The notes: a model not told the origin generated them from the sequence alone. Shown: positions 37,265 to 50,899, counted from the first letter of the whole stretch. The stretch: 61,892 nucleotides of DNA, filler included, from Choristocarpus tenellus KU-1152 (GCA_964200185.2; 13 parts of 13 records of this genome joined end to end with filler, not necessarily neighbours in it); one strand, 5' to 3'. Program-made: numbers and translations.

Positions 37265-37889
37265 TGTTTTCATTGCGTCTTCGTACGTCTGAATGACACT
37301 GCACAACACGTTGAAGGTGGTACCAAATGCATCAACAGTTGTAATCGGTTCTGTTTTATTAATCTACCTTCTCCCTTCAGCTGATTAATAGACAAGGAAA
37401 GTCACGCAATGCAACTTACCTCATCCCTATCTCCAGTTGGAGGGTCTCCAGATGACCTTCGCAAACTTTGTTCGGAATCTATCTGGGAGTGGTTTATCGG
37501 CGTTATTGCTCCCGATCTCAGCCCAGAGTTTAGCTCTGCATTATTCTCCTCCGAACCCGTTCGATTACCTGGAAGAGTGCCCTGTATTACGCTGTCTGCA
37601 TTCTGTGGTGGCACCAAGGCTGGTGCGGGATCGTCTGTGACCTGTCGAGCAAGCTTCCCTTTGCTCTGGGAGGAAGGGGTCAACAAAGTTTGCGAAGGTC
37701 ATCTGGAGACCCTCCAACTGGAGATAGGGATGAGGTAAGTTGCATTGCGCGACTTTCCTTGTCTATTGATCAGCTGAAGGGAGAAGGTAGATTAATAAAA
37801 CAGAACCGATTACAACTGTTGATGCATTTGGTACCACCTTCAACGTGTTGTGCAGTGTCATTCAGACGTACGAAGACGCAATGAAAACA
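37265..37889. repeat. Near-perfect inverted repeat: arms 37265-37472 and 37682-37889 (208 bp, open at contig end), 209-bp spacer
   Basis: Direct comparison; I see two substitutions between the arms. Confidence 0.95.
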
Positions 37890-39649
37890 NNNNNNNNNNN
37901 NNNNNNNNNNNNNNNNNNNNNNNNNNNNNNNNNTTAATTAATTAANNNNNNNNNNNNNNNNNNNNNNNNNNNNNNNNNNNNNNNNNNNNAGAGTGAGTTG
38001 GTTTGGTGGGAGTTGTTGTGCGGGGAAAAGGGTGAGGTGACCTTGTGTTTCATTGCCTGCCTGGCACATCGTCCATTTATAGAACACTTCAACTCCTGTG
38101 TGTTTGTGTTTGTTTATGTATGTGCTGTCTGCCTGTATGACTGGTAACTACCTTTGTACCTAAAGCAGATGCAAGAAAGCTTGAACTATTTTTCCCAGTT
38201 TAGGCTGAAAGGCTTCTTCAACTAGCAGTGTTTTTTCACGGTGTTGGAGGTGAACTTTGGTGGGAGGACGGTTTTCCGAGTGTTAATATGGACAAATTGA
38301 CCACGTCTGTGCTGTGATCTTTTTTTTTTAATCTCCAGAAATATTAAGCAATGTATTGTTCTGACTGCTTGATTTATCACAATTATCAGCACTTGTTAGT
38401 TTTCTCTGCCTGTAAGATTACGCTGGTTAGCCAGAGCAAAATGAGATCGACCAATTCTACAGGTTGGGTGGACTTTCCCCAACCTTACTGCGATATCCAA
38501 CACCTAATGAAGCGCCCCCAAAAAGCAATGTATGCCATACACAAGTTGTGTCTATTCATGAGACTCAGAGTAATAAACTGATCCATAGCAGTTATTGTTG
38601 ATGACAACAGTTAATAATGATGAAGAAAAGAAGTCATTTGGGCCAGCAGTTGGTCTGTTTTGCTTCCCTGAAGTCGAAAAGTACAGAGTGTGGGGCGTTA
38701 GCCACTCGATGTGTTTCAAATGGCTTTAGTTAACAGAGTTTTTGACACTAGCTATCATTATGGTTGAGGCTACGTTTATGTTCACATGTTTGTAGAACCT
38801 ACACATCACTGCACTCTCATCTATATTACAGGTGTCTATTCTGTGTATCTTTTGTCGCTGGTTATAATGCAATGATACAGGTCAGTCAGATAGGTTTTTG
38901 GAGCCACCCACAATTTTTTCGTTTTGTTTGTTGGCATTCACACCCATTTCAAATGCACTCATATTTGTAAGAATGATGATACACAAATGTGAAGAGTCGT
39001 TTACCGTTTTCTGTGTCAATCCTTTGGGCTCATATTGGTGTCATGTATAGTAGCATTAATGTCCCCAACCCCCACTGTATTTTCTCATGCCTTGCACACA
39101 CATCCCAACCTTCAACCTTAACAAAGACCTGTAGTATCCTTCCCCGTGCACACATCAAATCCTCCTGATAAGTCTTATAATCTTGTTTTGCACAGGGGCC
39201 CATCTTGCCACATCCCCTCATTGTTATTTTCCAATTCCATTTCAAATGAAAAACAGCATAGTATTGGATACAACTATTTTTGCTGAACTATACATCGGAG
39301 TATGAATCTGTTGAATGCAGTTGTGAAAGAAGGGGATGTATAAGCCAAATGCATCATGCTATTGTATCCCATGGCAACAGAGACAATTCTATAGACCATT
39401 TTATTTACATATATTTACTCTTATCTCACCCAAGTCCCTCACCCCGATAATTGCAACTAATTGCATTATTTTTACGAACACTGATGTAAACACTTATATG
39501 ACCCCCTGCCTGCTTGCTGTCCCTACCACACTGGATTATACATGCAGCAACAGAACTGACACACACCCTTGCCATGCCGGTGGTTGACCAACCTGTCCAG
39601 TGTCTTCTTATAATGCTAACCGAGATGCATGTGTCTGTGTAATGGGCAG

Positions 39650-40423
39650 GTTATCTCCTCTGTGCTCTTTATTGTGCGACGCCTGGACCTCCGCTACAGC
39701 ACCCCTGCAGAGGGAGGGCGTCCCTTGCCCCTGCAACCCACGGACCAGCAGCTCTTTCTGAATCTTGTGTCCTTCTGCCAGAGTCTTCTGCCCTCGTAAG
39801 ATCAAGCTTCTTCTGCTTTCCTCTTTGCCATGTGTGTTACCCTGTACCCCAACCCCTTCCCCTGCCCCAGTTCAACAATTGTTCTTGACACATCCACCAC
39901 ATGACCCTCCTATGACCCCTTGTTTTCACATCATCCAGCTTCATGGATTTTTTGTCTCCGTCTCTGTAGATACCTCCTAGTATGCCCTTACCTTTGTTAC
40001 TTGTCTGTTCTTCCCCATCACCCTCCCCCCACACACCTGTGAACCTCGCCTTCAATGCTTCAGCTACTGTCTGAGTCTCTTCCTGTCAGTCTTTTTCCCC
40101 TCCACTCTTTTGCCATTTTTATTACTGTCATAGAAACCTACACGCCCCATGCTGTAAGGTGTTTCATCGACTGTTCTGCTTCCCGTCTCACTATTCGTAA
40201 CCCTAGCTGTAGCCTCGGCTCTAACCCTGACTCTAACCCTAGTACCAACCCCAGGTCTAGCCTTGCTTCCACTGACTTACATGATACTCTTGGTATGCCC
40301 AGGTGCCGGCCAGATCTGCTTCTGGAGTGGTTGCCAGTTCTATGCCCTGAGCTGGTGGAGAGGTCTCTAGAAAGGCCTCTGGTCAGTGGCTTCTATCGCC
40401 TGGTGACATTAGTGTTCCGTGAG
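39650..40423 (+). CDS. PRKDC: DNA-dependent protein kinase catalytic subunit, two internal exons (39650-39795, 40303-40423)
   Basis: VISSVLFIVRRLDL..PTDQQLFLNLVSFCQSLLP-S-CRPDLLLEW..RPLVSGFYRLV parallels the DNA-PKcs N-HEAT segment (SVLKIVEKLDL..FINLVEFCREILP..LPLISGFYKLL); phase-2 GT-AG intron matches; CTAAC branch motif upstream of exon 1. Confidence 0.85.
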
Positions 40424-40984
40424 GTGCGCCCTTGGCTCTGCCCCATGAGGTTACTGCTAGGATGAGATAAATGATAAGGGAGTTTACCTCTTGACAGGGA
40501 GGAGGGGGGGGATGCTTGAGAGTGAGGGATGGTGATTTCAGGACGAAAGTGATCAGATGCTTGCAGGTATTAAGTTATGTGACATAGGGTTTCTGTGGAA
40601 GGGTAACAACGTGAAGACAAGGACACCAATGAGATTATGGTGGGTGGGGATGGGGATGAGGATGGGGGCGGGGCCTGGGGGTGGGGGTGCACTAAGTTCC
40701 TGTNNNNNNNNNNNNNNNNNNNNNNNNNNNNNNNNNNNNNNNNNNNNTTAATTAATTAANNNNNNNNNNNNNNNNNNNNNNNNNNNNNNNNNNNNNNNNN
40801 NNNGTGTATGTATACCTGCACCCCACTGAGGACCCCCCAAACCCCCACGGGCACAAAATAAGCGTTACATTATGAAGGTGATGTTCCTAGCAGCTGTGGC
40901 CTGCCCTAGGAAGACCTCCAACGGGGTGTGGCTCGATGAGAAATTCGGTATCTGACCAATCGTGGGAACTAAGGTCACTCAGCA

Positions 40985-41240
40985 GAGTGAAAGTATCTTA
41001 GAGGGTATGAGTTTTGCCCTGTTTGTCCATTTGGGGCTTGGCTTCCCTTAGAGTTTTTATGACATTTTCCTACTCCAAGACATTTCGGAGTAGGTAAATA
41101 TGTATGATATGAAAAGGTGTGTCTGGAACAAGGATATTGACGCTTCCTAACAAACACGATAGCCAAAATTACAATGAAATCGCAACATTGGATTTTGGCT
41201 CCAAATGGACGCGGCTCTACCCCCTAAGATACTTTGGCTC
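40985..41240 (+). mobile_element. MITE family B
   Basis: GAG..CTC termini, 4-bp TSD AGCA. Confidence 0.92.
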
Positions 41241-41699
41241 AGCACTCCAGCAAACACTGGCCAATGGGCACTAAGGTGCTTGTGCCAGTCAAGGTGAAAA
41301 GGGAGAGGTACAAGAAGCTCGTGATGGAGGATGTCATATCGGGCACAAGGCCGACATATCTAGGCCGGAAGGGCACTCCACCTTCTTGCAGCAGGATGAG
41401 GCAAAGTCAAGCACCAAGGGGGGGAACTTGGAGGCAATCGAGACTGAGCGAGAAATGATCTTGGTTTCAATAGAACAAATTCACCAGCGCTTTGCGGCAC
41501 TTTGACACCTCTTTGCATCAAAAACTAATCATTTCACACGAAAGCACGACTCATTCGATTCACATTTCAACAAAATAGAGGTAGAGAGTAAAGGTGGGCC
41601 AGAAGATGAGGGGGAGCATGATACATGTGAGGGAGATGAGCTTAGCAACAAAACAAGAGCTGGAAAAAGCTAGCTCCATCCCTTGGATGCACCAAGAAC

Positions 41700-41960
41700 G
41701 AGTGAAAGTATCTTAGAGGGTACGAATTTTGCCCTGTTTGTCCATTTGGGACTTGGCTTCCCTTAGAGTTTTTATGACATTTTCCTACTCCAAGACATTT
41801 CGGAGTAGGTAAAATTTATACGTTCTGAAAAGATATGTCCGGAGCAAGGTTGTTGACACTTCCTAACAAACACGACGATAGCCAAAATTTCATCGAAATC
41901 ACAACATTGGATTTTGACCCCCAAATGGACTTGGCTCTACCCTCTAAGATACTTTGGCTC
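41700..41960 (+). mobile_element. MITE family B
   Basis: GAG..CTC termini, 4-bp TSD GAAC. Confidence 0.92.
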
Positions 41961-42744
41961 GAACGAGCTGACAGGGTCAATCGCAGGATTCCTGTCCACC
42001 CTTCAGAACTATCAGTTGCGAGTCCAGGTTTCTGGGGTTTAATGTTCTTCTTTTGTCACCTAGACCACCCTTGTGTGGTTCTGACAAAAATAGAACAGCT
42101 AACGAATTCCCCTCTGTGAAGATGGAGTCGTGCATGCCACGACCATTGCCTCACCAGCGATTCTGCACATTCAACAGATGATACGTTTGACTCTTCAGCC
42201 AGGAGAAGTAACCAAGGATGAGACACCAGCACCGAGGAGAGGAAAAGAGGAGGGGTTCGGCGTTGGTATGGGGATGGCAAAAGCGTAATTCACATCATTG
42301 ATATCAAGGATGGAAAAAGAAAGACCTGATCCAGTATATGTGTTGTTTGTGCAGCCCGACCATACTTTGCACACTGTTTTGCCACGTTTTCTTTGAGGAA
42401 ACCTTATCTGAGAGCAGAAGCAGCTCTGCAACCCAATTATTTCTGGGTCACCGCGCAAACCTGCACCAATCAGACCTCCTGAGCAAAGACCAACTTGCTA
42501 AAAGTGTGGATATGTAAGTTACAAGCATGGTCACTTGTCGTTGTCTACTGACATGGCTTCTTCCTTTGACGGCATGAGATTAATTCTCATATCTCAGGCG
42601 TATCCTAGAACATTGTTGATAGGATGGGTAACTAGGCATAGATACCTCCAAACCAAGTGACTTGACCAAATGAGCAGATTATGTCACGTTGTAGGGTGGT
42701 AACTTGGTACGACAACCACCATTGGTGATACGATTTATGTCACA

Positions 42745-43430
42745 GGCGATATGTCTTGATGGCGGTTTCATAAACACCATTATGACATTGAAGTTCGAGA
42801 TTTGATATATTTGTACTTCTTGATTATTTATTTATTATTTGGTCATTATGATCCCCGATTGTGATCGACATTGTTGATCAGTCCCTTTTTATACCATGAT
42901 TTTTACGATAATCCAAGTGAGAAATCCAGCATACTTTAACGACTTGTGCATCAGGAGTCCTATACCTACATCAGTATCATCTATAAGACCGTGGATTGGA
43001 GCTATACATCCTGTGGAGGTGAGCTTCTGAGGGGCGCCTGTACCATTTAGACGGGATGAGGAGTAGAATTTATCGTCCTTGCCATAAGCATTACTAGCAG
43101 CCATTCGCAACAGTAATGGAATTGAAAAAGTAGGGCACGTCATGGTTGTTCCTGGCGATATGACTTTATGGTGGTTTCATAAACGGCATTATGACCTTGA
43201 AGTCCTAGATCTTATATATTTGTACTTCTTGATAATTATTTATTATTTAGTCAGTATGGTGCAATATCAAGGTGGTATATCGTTTTTCAGTCCTTTTATT
43301 ATATATTGATTATACCCATGAAGTGAATAATCGAAGTGAGAGAACCGGCATATTTGCCAACATTTACATTTTGGAGCCTTGTACGAGATTCATGGTAAAC
43401 ATCCAGCCTTGTGGATTGGAGCTGCATATC
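42745..43430. repeat. Diverged tandem duplication, period ~409 bp
   Basis: GGCGATATG..GGTTTCATAAAC..ATATATTTGTACTTCTTGAT..GTGGATTGGAGCT at 42745-43010 and 43154-43430. Confidence 0.85.
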
Positions 43431-43567
43431 GCATCATGGTAATGCAAGTCTTAAATTACTATTGTCTCGTTCGCCCATATGGCTACCAATTATCTAATAG
43501 TCTCTCTAAATTAGAACTGGATTGCTTTGTCCAGATTGGAAGTGAGCTAGGTGGTGCCTGAACTCCA

Positions 43568-43824
43568 GAGTCAATGTATCTTAGAAAAAAGAGCTGTGCG
43601 TTCTTTTGGGGGTCAATATCCAATGTAGCGATTTTGATGTAACTTTGGCTATCGTGTTAGTTAGGAAGTGTCAATATCCTTGGACACACCTTTTCATAAC
43701 GTACACATTTTACCTATTCCAAAATGTTTCGGAATAGGTAAAATGTAATAAAAATCCCGTGGGAAGCCAAGTCCCAAAGGGACAAACAGGGCGAAACTCG
43801 TACCCTCTAAAGATACTTTCACTC
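43568..43824 (-). mobile_element. MITE family B
   Basis: GAG..CTC termini, 4-bp TSD TCCA. Confidence 0.9.
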
Positions 43825-44529
43825 TCCACTACTTCCAGGCTTCTAGATCTTGGAGGAATCTAGAACCAAGTGCCCGATCCAAGAATGTTCCCCTTTCTGG
43901 AATGTCCTATTGGAACATTTTTGTTCTACAGAGTTCCTACTTTGTTCCATTGCATATCTTATGCTACCCTTTGCTGTCATAGAATTGTCTTGTTAACATC
44001 GACAAAAAGGTATCAACATATGATTATCCCTCAGAAGTCTGTAGAGCACTCACCACAAACACCCCCACATGCTCTACTAGAACTTATCCTCTCCCACTGT
44101 CACATTGTTCAATCAATTCTTATGTAAACACTCTGGCTGTTTGTTAGAGAAGCTGATGTTTCTCAAGACTTGTGTATATAGATGGGTTAATTCCTTATTG
44201 AGTTGGAAGGGTTGTACATGATGTAGGAAGGAGAAGCGAGGAGTGAGCCTTCATGCCCAAGGGGGGGTCTCTTTCACCAAATCTATCCTATTCTGTGTAT
44301 CACTAATCACTAATAACAAACTACCTGCTGCACAGATTACTTCCTACAATATTACATAATCCTGAACTCTTCCATGTTCTAGTTCATCAACCCATACGTA
44401 TTGTTTATTACATGATTTGCTTTTTCACATGAAAAAAAGCGTGTTCTTTACGATCTTGATATCGATCCTTTGTTCATTGGATCTCCCATTTATTTCCGGT
44501 CATATTTACATCTACTCCAGCATTCTCAT

Positions 44530-45260
44530 CTACTCAATGTTCATTAGAACCTTAACGTGCTCTCAAACGCCTTGTAGTCCAGTGCCTTGGTAAGCACACC
44601 TGCATGCTGCTGTTCTGTTTTCACGTAGATGTCGTGGATCTTACGCTTTTTAATTCTATTGTGAACAAAATGATGCTTCACATCGATGAGTCTCGTGCAC
44701 TTGCTGCTGTAGGGGTTGTTTGCCAGCTTGATGGGGCCCTTGGTTGTTTTCCATGATGGGGATAGAGCATCCCTCCAGACCCCTGAGGTTGAACTACTAC
44801 ACTTGGTGTAGGAAAAGTACCTCCTTCACTGCTCCCGACAGTGCGATGTACTCCGACTCCGAAGTGGCTACTGCAACCATCTCTTGGGTCCTCGAAAACA
44901 AGCTGATAGCAGTTCCTTCAAACAAAACTGCTCTTTCTGATGCCGATCGCCTGGTGTCTAGTCAGGTGGCGTAATCTGAGCCCACATATGCAGCTATTTT
45001 GATTCTGTTGATGTTCAGTCCTCTGTACGTGATCCCCTGGTGCTTCGTTGGAAGCAGGTACTGAATTATCTTGAGTGCAGCCTTCCAGTGAAATACGAGG
45101 CTGGTACATGCCGGTCATTTCCAGGGGAAGATAGCTTGTCAGTCCCTCCGGTGTAATGTCGTTGTGGCCTCCATGGCCAGGTTGTGTTCTGTTCGTACAC
45201 TCTCCATCACAGTGGCATCCAGCTTTACACCACCTTTCCACAGAATACCGCAAAGTGCAG
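44530..45260 (-). mobile_element. Ty1/Copia RT C-terminus and RNase H, degenerate
   Basis: HWKAALKIIQYL, YVGSDYA..DTRRS, SRTQEMVAVATSESEYIAL, KLANNPYSS..IDVKHHF, QHAGVLTKAL, with stops and frameshifts. Confidence 0.9.
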
Positions 45261-45443
45261 TACGCCTGTTAAAACATAGGCTACTCATCTGTTTGTCCCT
45301 TGATACGATACAGTTCCACCAGTTAACACTGACTGTTGATTGGCCTGTTTCGTTCTGGGCGTTACTTTCAATAGTTCATCATCACCACATCAATTACAAT
45401 CAGAACACCATACTACAGAACAGTCGCTCTGCGTTCCACAAGA

Positions 45444-45506
45444 ATAGTATAGTATAGTATAGTATAGTATAGTATAGTATAGTATAGTATAGTATAGTAT
45501 AGTATA
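45444..45506. repeat. (ATAGT)n microsatellite
   Basis: About 12 perfect units. Confidence 0.95.
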
Positions 45507-46509
45507 CGTTACTTGAGTTGCGTCACTCTTTCCTCTTATCAGCAGAAGATGACAGTTGTACGTTGATTGTTGATTATTATTTCGTGACTGCCAATGATCC
45601 CTCACAATGCACCAAGCTCTCTCTACAATGAGTGTACCAGCTACACATCTGGATGTAATATTATTAGAGTTAAGTCATCATTGGAAACCCTTGCCAGCCA
45701 AGGTAACAAGCCCCTCTACAGAGCATGGACTTCTTTCGTTGAGTATCTCATGAAAGAACACTGAATTCACATCACATCATTCTGGATTGAGCGACCAAGA
45801 ATACTTAATTCACATCGCATCATTCTTGACTGAGAGATCAATGACCTCAGTTACAACAGAATAAATATATCGGTGCTATATAGCACAATCACATCAATCC
45901 ATAACATAGATTACGCATATTACTCATCGGTGCTTTGCGACACCATGATTCCCCATTGCTCGTAGTCTACGCATTTTGCCTACATGTACGATGCATTCGA
46001 TTCAGGTGTCAACAGGTTATGAGCCTCAAACGATTCCCCTTCGCCCATTTGATTCAGGTTTGAACAACATCGCCAGCCCCTCCACTGTGCGCTGATCCAC
46101 GCCCTATGCACATATTCATGATGACTGACTGTTGTCCAGTAAAGTGGTCAGATAGTTGGCGTAGAGCGACAGGGATTTTTTTCTTTGCTCCTTTTGCTTC
46201 TCCTGCGGCTCATCCTGTCACTCTTCCTCCCCAAGGGGTAAGGTGATTCCAAGTTGGGGCGTTCGTTGCAGGTCAACATAACGGAACACTCCCCTACCGG
46301 ACATCACACCGACCACCCNNNNNNNNNNNNNNNNNNNNNNNNNNNNNNNNNNNNNNNNNNNNTTAATTAATTAANNNNNNNNNNNNNNNNNNNNNNNNNN
46401 NNNNNNNNNNNNNNNNNNATTATTATCTATTGCGCACGTCATCAGACACGTCAAAATGTGTCTGTGTCAGTCACACTACGTCAGCCACTTATATTGAACA
46501 AGATACAAA

Positions 46510-46585
46510 ATCAGTCTATCGAGACTCGAACCTGCGACTCGAAACACACCATATGATAACCTTGACCCTTCCCCTACTCAGTCAA
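46510..46585 (-). mobile_element. Possible decayed tRNA-derived SINE head
   Basis: Reverse strand GCAGGTTCGAGTCTC is B-box-like; no convincing cloverleaf. Confidence 0.3.
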
Positions 46586-46663
46586 TACTTCTATTGAATT
46601 TCACTGTTCACTAAATATATAAATCCCTATAGACTGCCTAGCCTATATTGCACACTCACAACT

Positions 46664-46841
46664 GACCAAAAGTATCTGGGGGGAGGGGGTTCTATACTAG
46701 GGTGTCCATATTTGGTCCAAAATCAGGAAAAGTGCATTTACATTATCCATCCGACATGTGCAACCAAATTACCCAAAGATCGCGACATGAAAAACTTGAC
46801 CCCAAATGGACAGCTGGCACCCCCCCCAGATACTTTGAACC
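46664..46841 (-). mobile_element. MITE family A, full copy
   Basis: GACCAAAAGTATCT(G)n..(C)nAGATACTTTGAACC; 4-bp TSD AACT. Confidence 0.92.
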
Positions 46842-49800
46842 AACTTAGTCAGGTAGTGGTATGGGTGGTTCAATCGTTTTGGGTGATTGTTGTGGTCATG
46901 ATCTCTTCGGTGTTCCTCATGCATATATACACATGAACCTATCGCACAACTCCTTCTCTTAATCTCTTAGACCCAATCACTATTATCTTGGCTTGATATC
47001 CTGGTAACTGTATGTCGTCGTTGTTGTACAAAGACTTTGTTGTATGTACTTACAGTACAACACTTACTTGCCGTCTAATTTTTCTCTTTCACTTCAACGA
47101 CTCTGGCACCCTCCTACCCGCCCTCCTCCCCACTGTCTCTCCGCAAGCACCATAGAATGAATTATATATTAACGCCCTTACAATTTACTGATACTACTGC
47201 GTATGTATGATGAGTTAATACGCAAAGGTTTTTGAAGGAAATCATTCGAGTCCTGGCTACCTTTTTGCATACCTGCAAATGTACAGTGCAAACAATGGAA
47301 GGTGCTCATCGTGCAGCTCGGGCAATAAAGGAAGAAAGGTGTGCATATTTTAAAGTCAGGGAGAGGAGTGCAGAGATGGGTGGGACAAGGGTAGTAGGCA
47401 CAATATTTGTTCTTCTCCAACTTTCCGAGATAGGAAGATTAACCACATATCACCCCTCGCAATACAGGTTGCCAGCATTCATGTTTGTGATTTTGCAAGT
47501 TGACAAATATGTACGAAAATTGTTCTGTTTTGGGTTGCCTTTCGAATATACTTTGTGCTGTACCAGCAACAGTGCAGCGGTTAGCTGTCTGAACATTTCA
47601 GCAAGGGTGTGCAATCACAGACATTCTACTTTTTTGTATTGGGCACTTCCATCCAGAGCGAAACCTACAAGATAGAGTAGGAGCACACAGCTATGCAGAG
47701 AGATTATTTCCGACGCGAAGTGATGTCAGGCACAGTGGGATGTGCGGGCAGTAGTAAGTAGGCAGGACTGTTGTTGAGCGACCATGATACGTGTTTTGTA
47801 TGAATTACCTGTTACGCTATGTTTTCTAGAAAAGATAAAACATTCTCAATATATATTGGCCAGAGAGTACAACTAAATGTAAACCGGAAACCACACCAAG
47901 TTTCACACAGGAGGGGACACACATATTATGCATGGCACATGAGGAGCAAAAGTTGCATAACCTTCCATGAAAAATGCAGCTTGTGTTTTACACTTCCCTT
48001 ACCACACTTTCCTTTGCATTCTACTCGTTTTCTAGCTCTGTTTCGTTTCAGGCAGCAATTTCACGACTAACAGAATTTCCTCAAGTTGCATAAAAGTGAA
48101 TTATATGCTTCTGCACTTCAATAGTTCAAACATCCCTCCATAATAATGGCATCATCACTTCGGTTGTAACCGCCACAATTGTATGCAGAACTGCAACATT
48201 ATGCACACCATATGTACTAGAGCAATATCTCGGCGTTGCTTGGATGTACTGTATGTATGTAGCGAGTCGTGATAAAATTGAGGGGTCAAGGAACACTTCA
48301 CTACTAGAACAATGTAACCTATTTTTCCCAATACTACAAGGTAGAGCTCTGTATTTTTGCGATGATAGACATGATCGAGAAAATAAAAAACCATGGTTGT
48401 ACCATAGCTTAGGATTCATACCTCTTTGCTTTGACAGGGATAACATGTACGAAATTGATATCTTACACCTTGTAGAGAAAATCTTATAAAGGGTAGGCAA
48501 GCCCTGACTAAGAAGAAAAAAGTATTTAGTAAATCGGGGAGGGTTACATTACGTTTTCGTTTATCATTGAGATGATGGCAGAGCTCTATACTAGAAATAG
48601 TATCGATTCTAGATATATAAAAAAATACAGCAAAATATCTTTACAAAAAAAAGATGTTGGGATCCTCCACACATCATGATCATGCATATAGCACAGCATC
48701 AGTGGTGGTTGAATTCGAAAAAAATGGCCTATGTTCCTAGTGTTACCAGCCTACCCTTGGTTCCAGCAGCACTTACTTGCCAATCCAAATTTCGAGTTGT
48801 TTTCAAACTTTTAAGGTCATGTGTCATCAACTCCTGAACCTTTTGGGGGACGGAAGAACCAGAGATTATCCTGCAGTCTGGACACCAACCACAGGTCACA
48901 GGAGAGACGGTTACACTTTCTTGGGGCACCACGTTGAGTTTCACATGTACACAAGGAGCACAAAGACGGCATGAGAATAGTTTGTCTTCACCCTGACTGT
49001 CAAGTGATGTTTCCGCACAGAAACAGCAAGAAGGGTTTCTGGACCAGGACAACTCGTGCTGAACTTGGAAAGTCCACTGAACTCTACCTCAGACCCAAGT
49101 AATACAACTAGGCTAGCAAAGGGGCAGAACTACTGGGTTGATAGTATCCACCAATACTCCAACCTGTGAAACTAGAGGATATCATCACAGTTGTAATGAT
49201 CGATGGCGCCCAACAACCAACCACAACCACCCCCCCCCCACCCAACAACCCACCCACCCCAACCAACCCCANNNNNNNNNNCCCCAAAACCCCCACCGTG
49301 AAAAAAGAAGAAAAAAACCACCGTTTTTGTGATAGAGGGCCCCCCCCCCCCCCCCCCCCCCGCCCGACTCTAAACACAACCTCAAGTGCACAAGAACGGC
49401 GTGCGATAGAGTCTGGACATAAGCCACTACACTAACAAAAAAAGAAGACGAAAGGATTAACAGCACCAAACCTTGATTAGCTCCGGGAAACTTCTGTAAA
49501 CTATTATTTTATTATACTCAGAACTAGCACTACATGCACATACATATGTGCATATATACTGTTGCAACAACAACAAATATTGGGATCAGGTTGTGCTTGT
49601 TCTACATCCCTTCAACTTCTCGACGAGGTCTGACTTTCCCACCCCCCCCCAAAAAAAAAAGAAAGAAAGAAAGAAAGAAAGAAAGAGAAAAACTATTCTG
49701 ATTCAACAACGCAGGCAAACAATGACAGCACAACGAACGTATCCACCCTGCTCAAGTCGATCATAAACCAACCCCCAAGTCAAAAAAAAAAAATCTGGAG

Positions 49801-50899
49801 CAAAATGTTCTTTGATTGGATATATTTTTTTCAAACAAGAAAAAAAAAGATTTTTGCACATGCGGTCAAATTTAATCAGAGAGTCAGCAGACAGGGGGGA
49901 AAGCAAGAGATAAAAAGACGAAGTGATGCAGAAAAGTCAGGTAGTCCAGGAGAGTTGGTCCACACCAAAAACCTCAACGGGTAGGCGCCATGCTGGTTGC
50001 CCCTTACCCAAGTTCAGCGCATGTAAAAAAAAAGAAAAACCTACTTACAACTTACAACAGCAGCAGAGATTGAGCAGATTTTATTTTTCTCAAAAATGGA
50101 AAAAATATATATTTTTAAAAAAAACTGACGACATGTACGCGTCAGAAAAAGACACTAAATAAAGCCAAAAAAAAAACTTCACCTTTATACTACGTAGTAA
50201 CACTTAATTTTTGTTTGTGAACTCTTTACAGCTATGCAAGCACAAACACAATTCACAATAAAGACACACGCAAGGCAACCCGGTCCTAGCACGTAGGCAT
50301 CCCAGTCCCTGCAATTGACCCTCTTGCAACTTCATTGTTAACAACTGCTCTGACATATAGCACTAATGAGCAGAGTGCTTCAAGCAGCAATGCCACTATA
50401 TACCATATCTCAGACACGACAAATGAGAAAATTTTGAAGCAACTGAACAACAGAATATGGGGGGGGGGGGAAAGCTGCCTCTATATACATCTAATTTGTA
50501 AGTTTAGAAGCAGACAAGTGCTTACCATAAACACTTTCATGCCTAGAGCCCCACTATACCGCATGGTTCTCTCTGCCCCCTTACCCTTCTCCTTCTACCT
50601 CCCTCATTTCCTCCCTGGCTTTTCTACTAAACNNNNNNNNNNNNNNNNNNNNNNNNNNNNNNNNNNNNNNNNNNNNTTAATTAATTAANNNNNNNNNNNN
50701 NNNNNNNNNNNNNNNNNNNNNNNNNNNNNNNNCCCGCCCAGATACTTTGAGCCCTGCTCATGTTGGGCCTTGGCTAGAACTTCCGTAACAATTACAGGGG
50801 ACACATTGATGGAGCTTGCAAAGAGCTCAGAGTCATTTGACACTTTAGTAATTTCACCTAGTCGATCCACAGACGATTCATAGGCAGGGTATACCTTAC

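Noticed and set aside
40197-40255. TAACCC-like hexamers as a telomere
   Set aside because: Degenerate, short and intronic
40975-41166. Recurring small ORFs such as QAPNGQTGQNSYPLRYF or PPPRYFE as a peptide family
   Set aside because: Chance translations of MITE families A and B, with frames not conserved between copies
43830-44400. Possible LTR of the adjacent Copia remnant
   Set aside because: No second copy, and no clear TG..CA boundaries or polypurine tract
49200-50180. Pro-rich and Lys-rich ORFs
   Set aside because: Homopolymer-rich, low-quality sequence around an internal N gap
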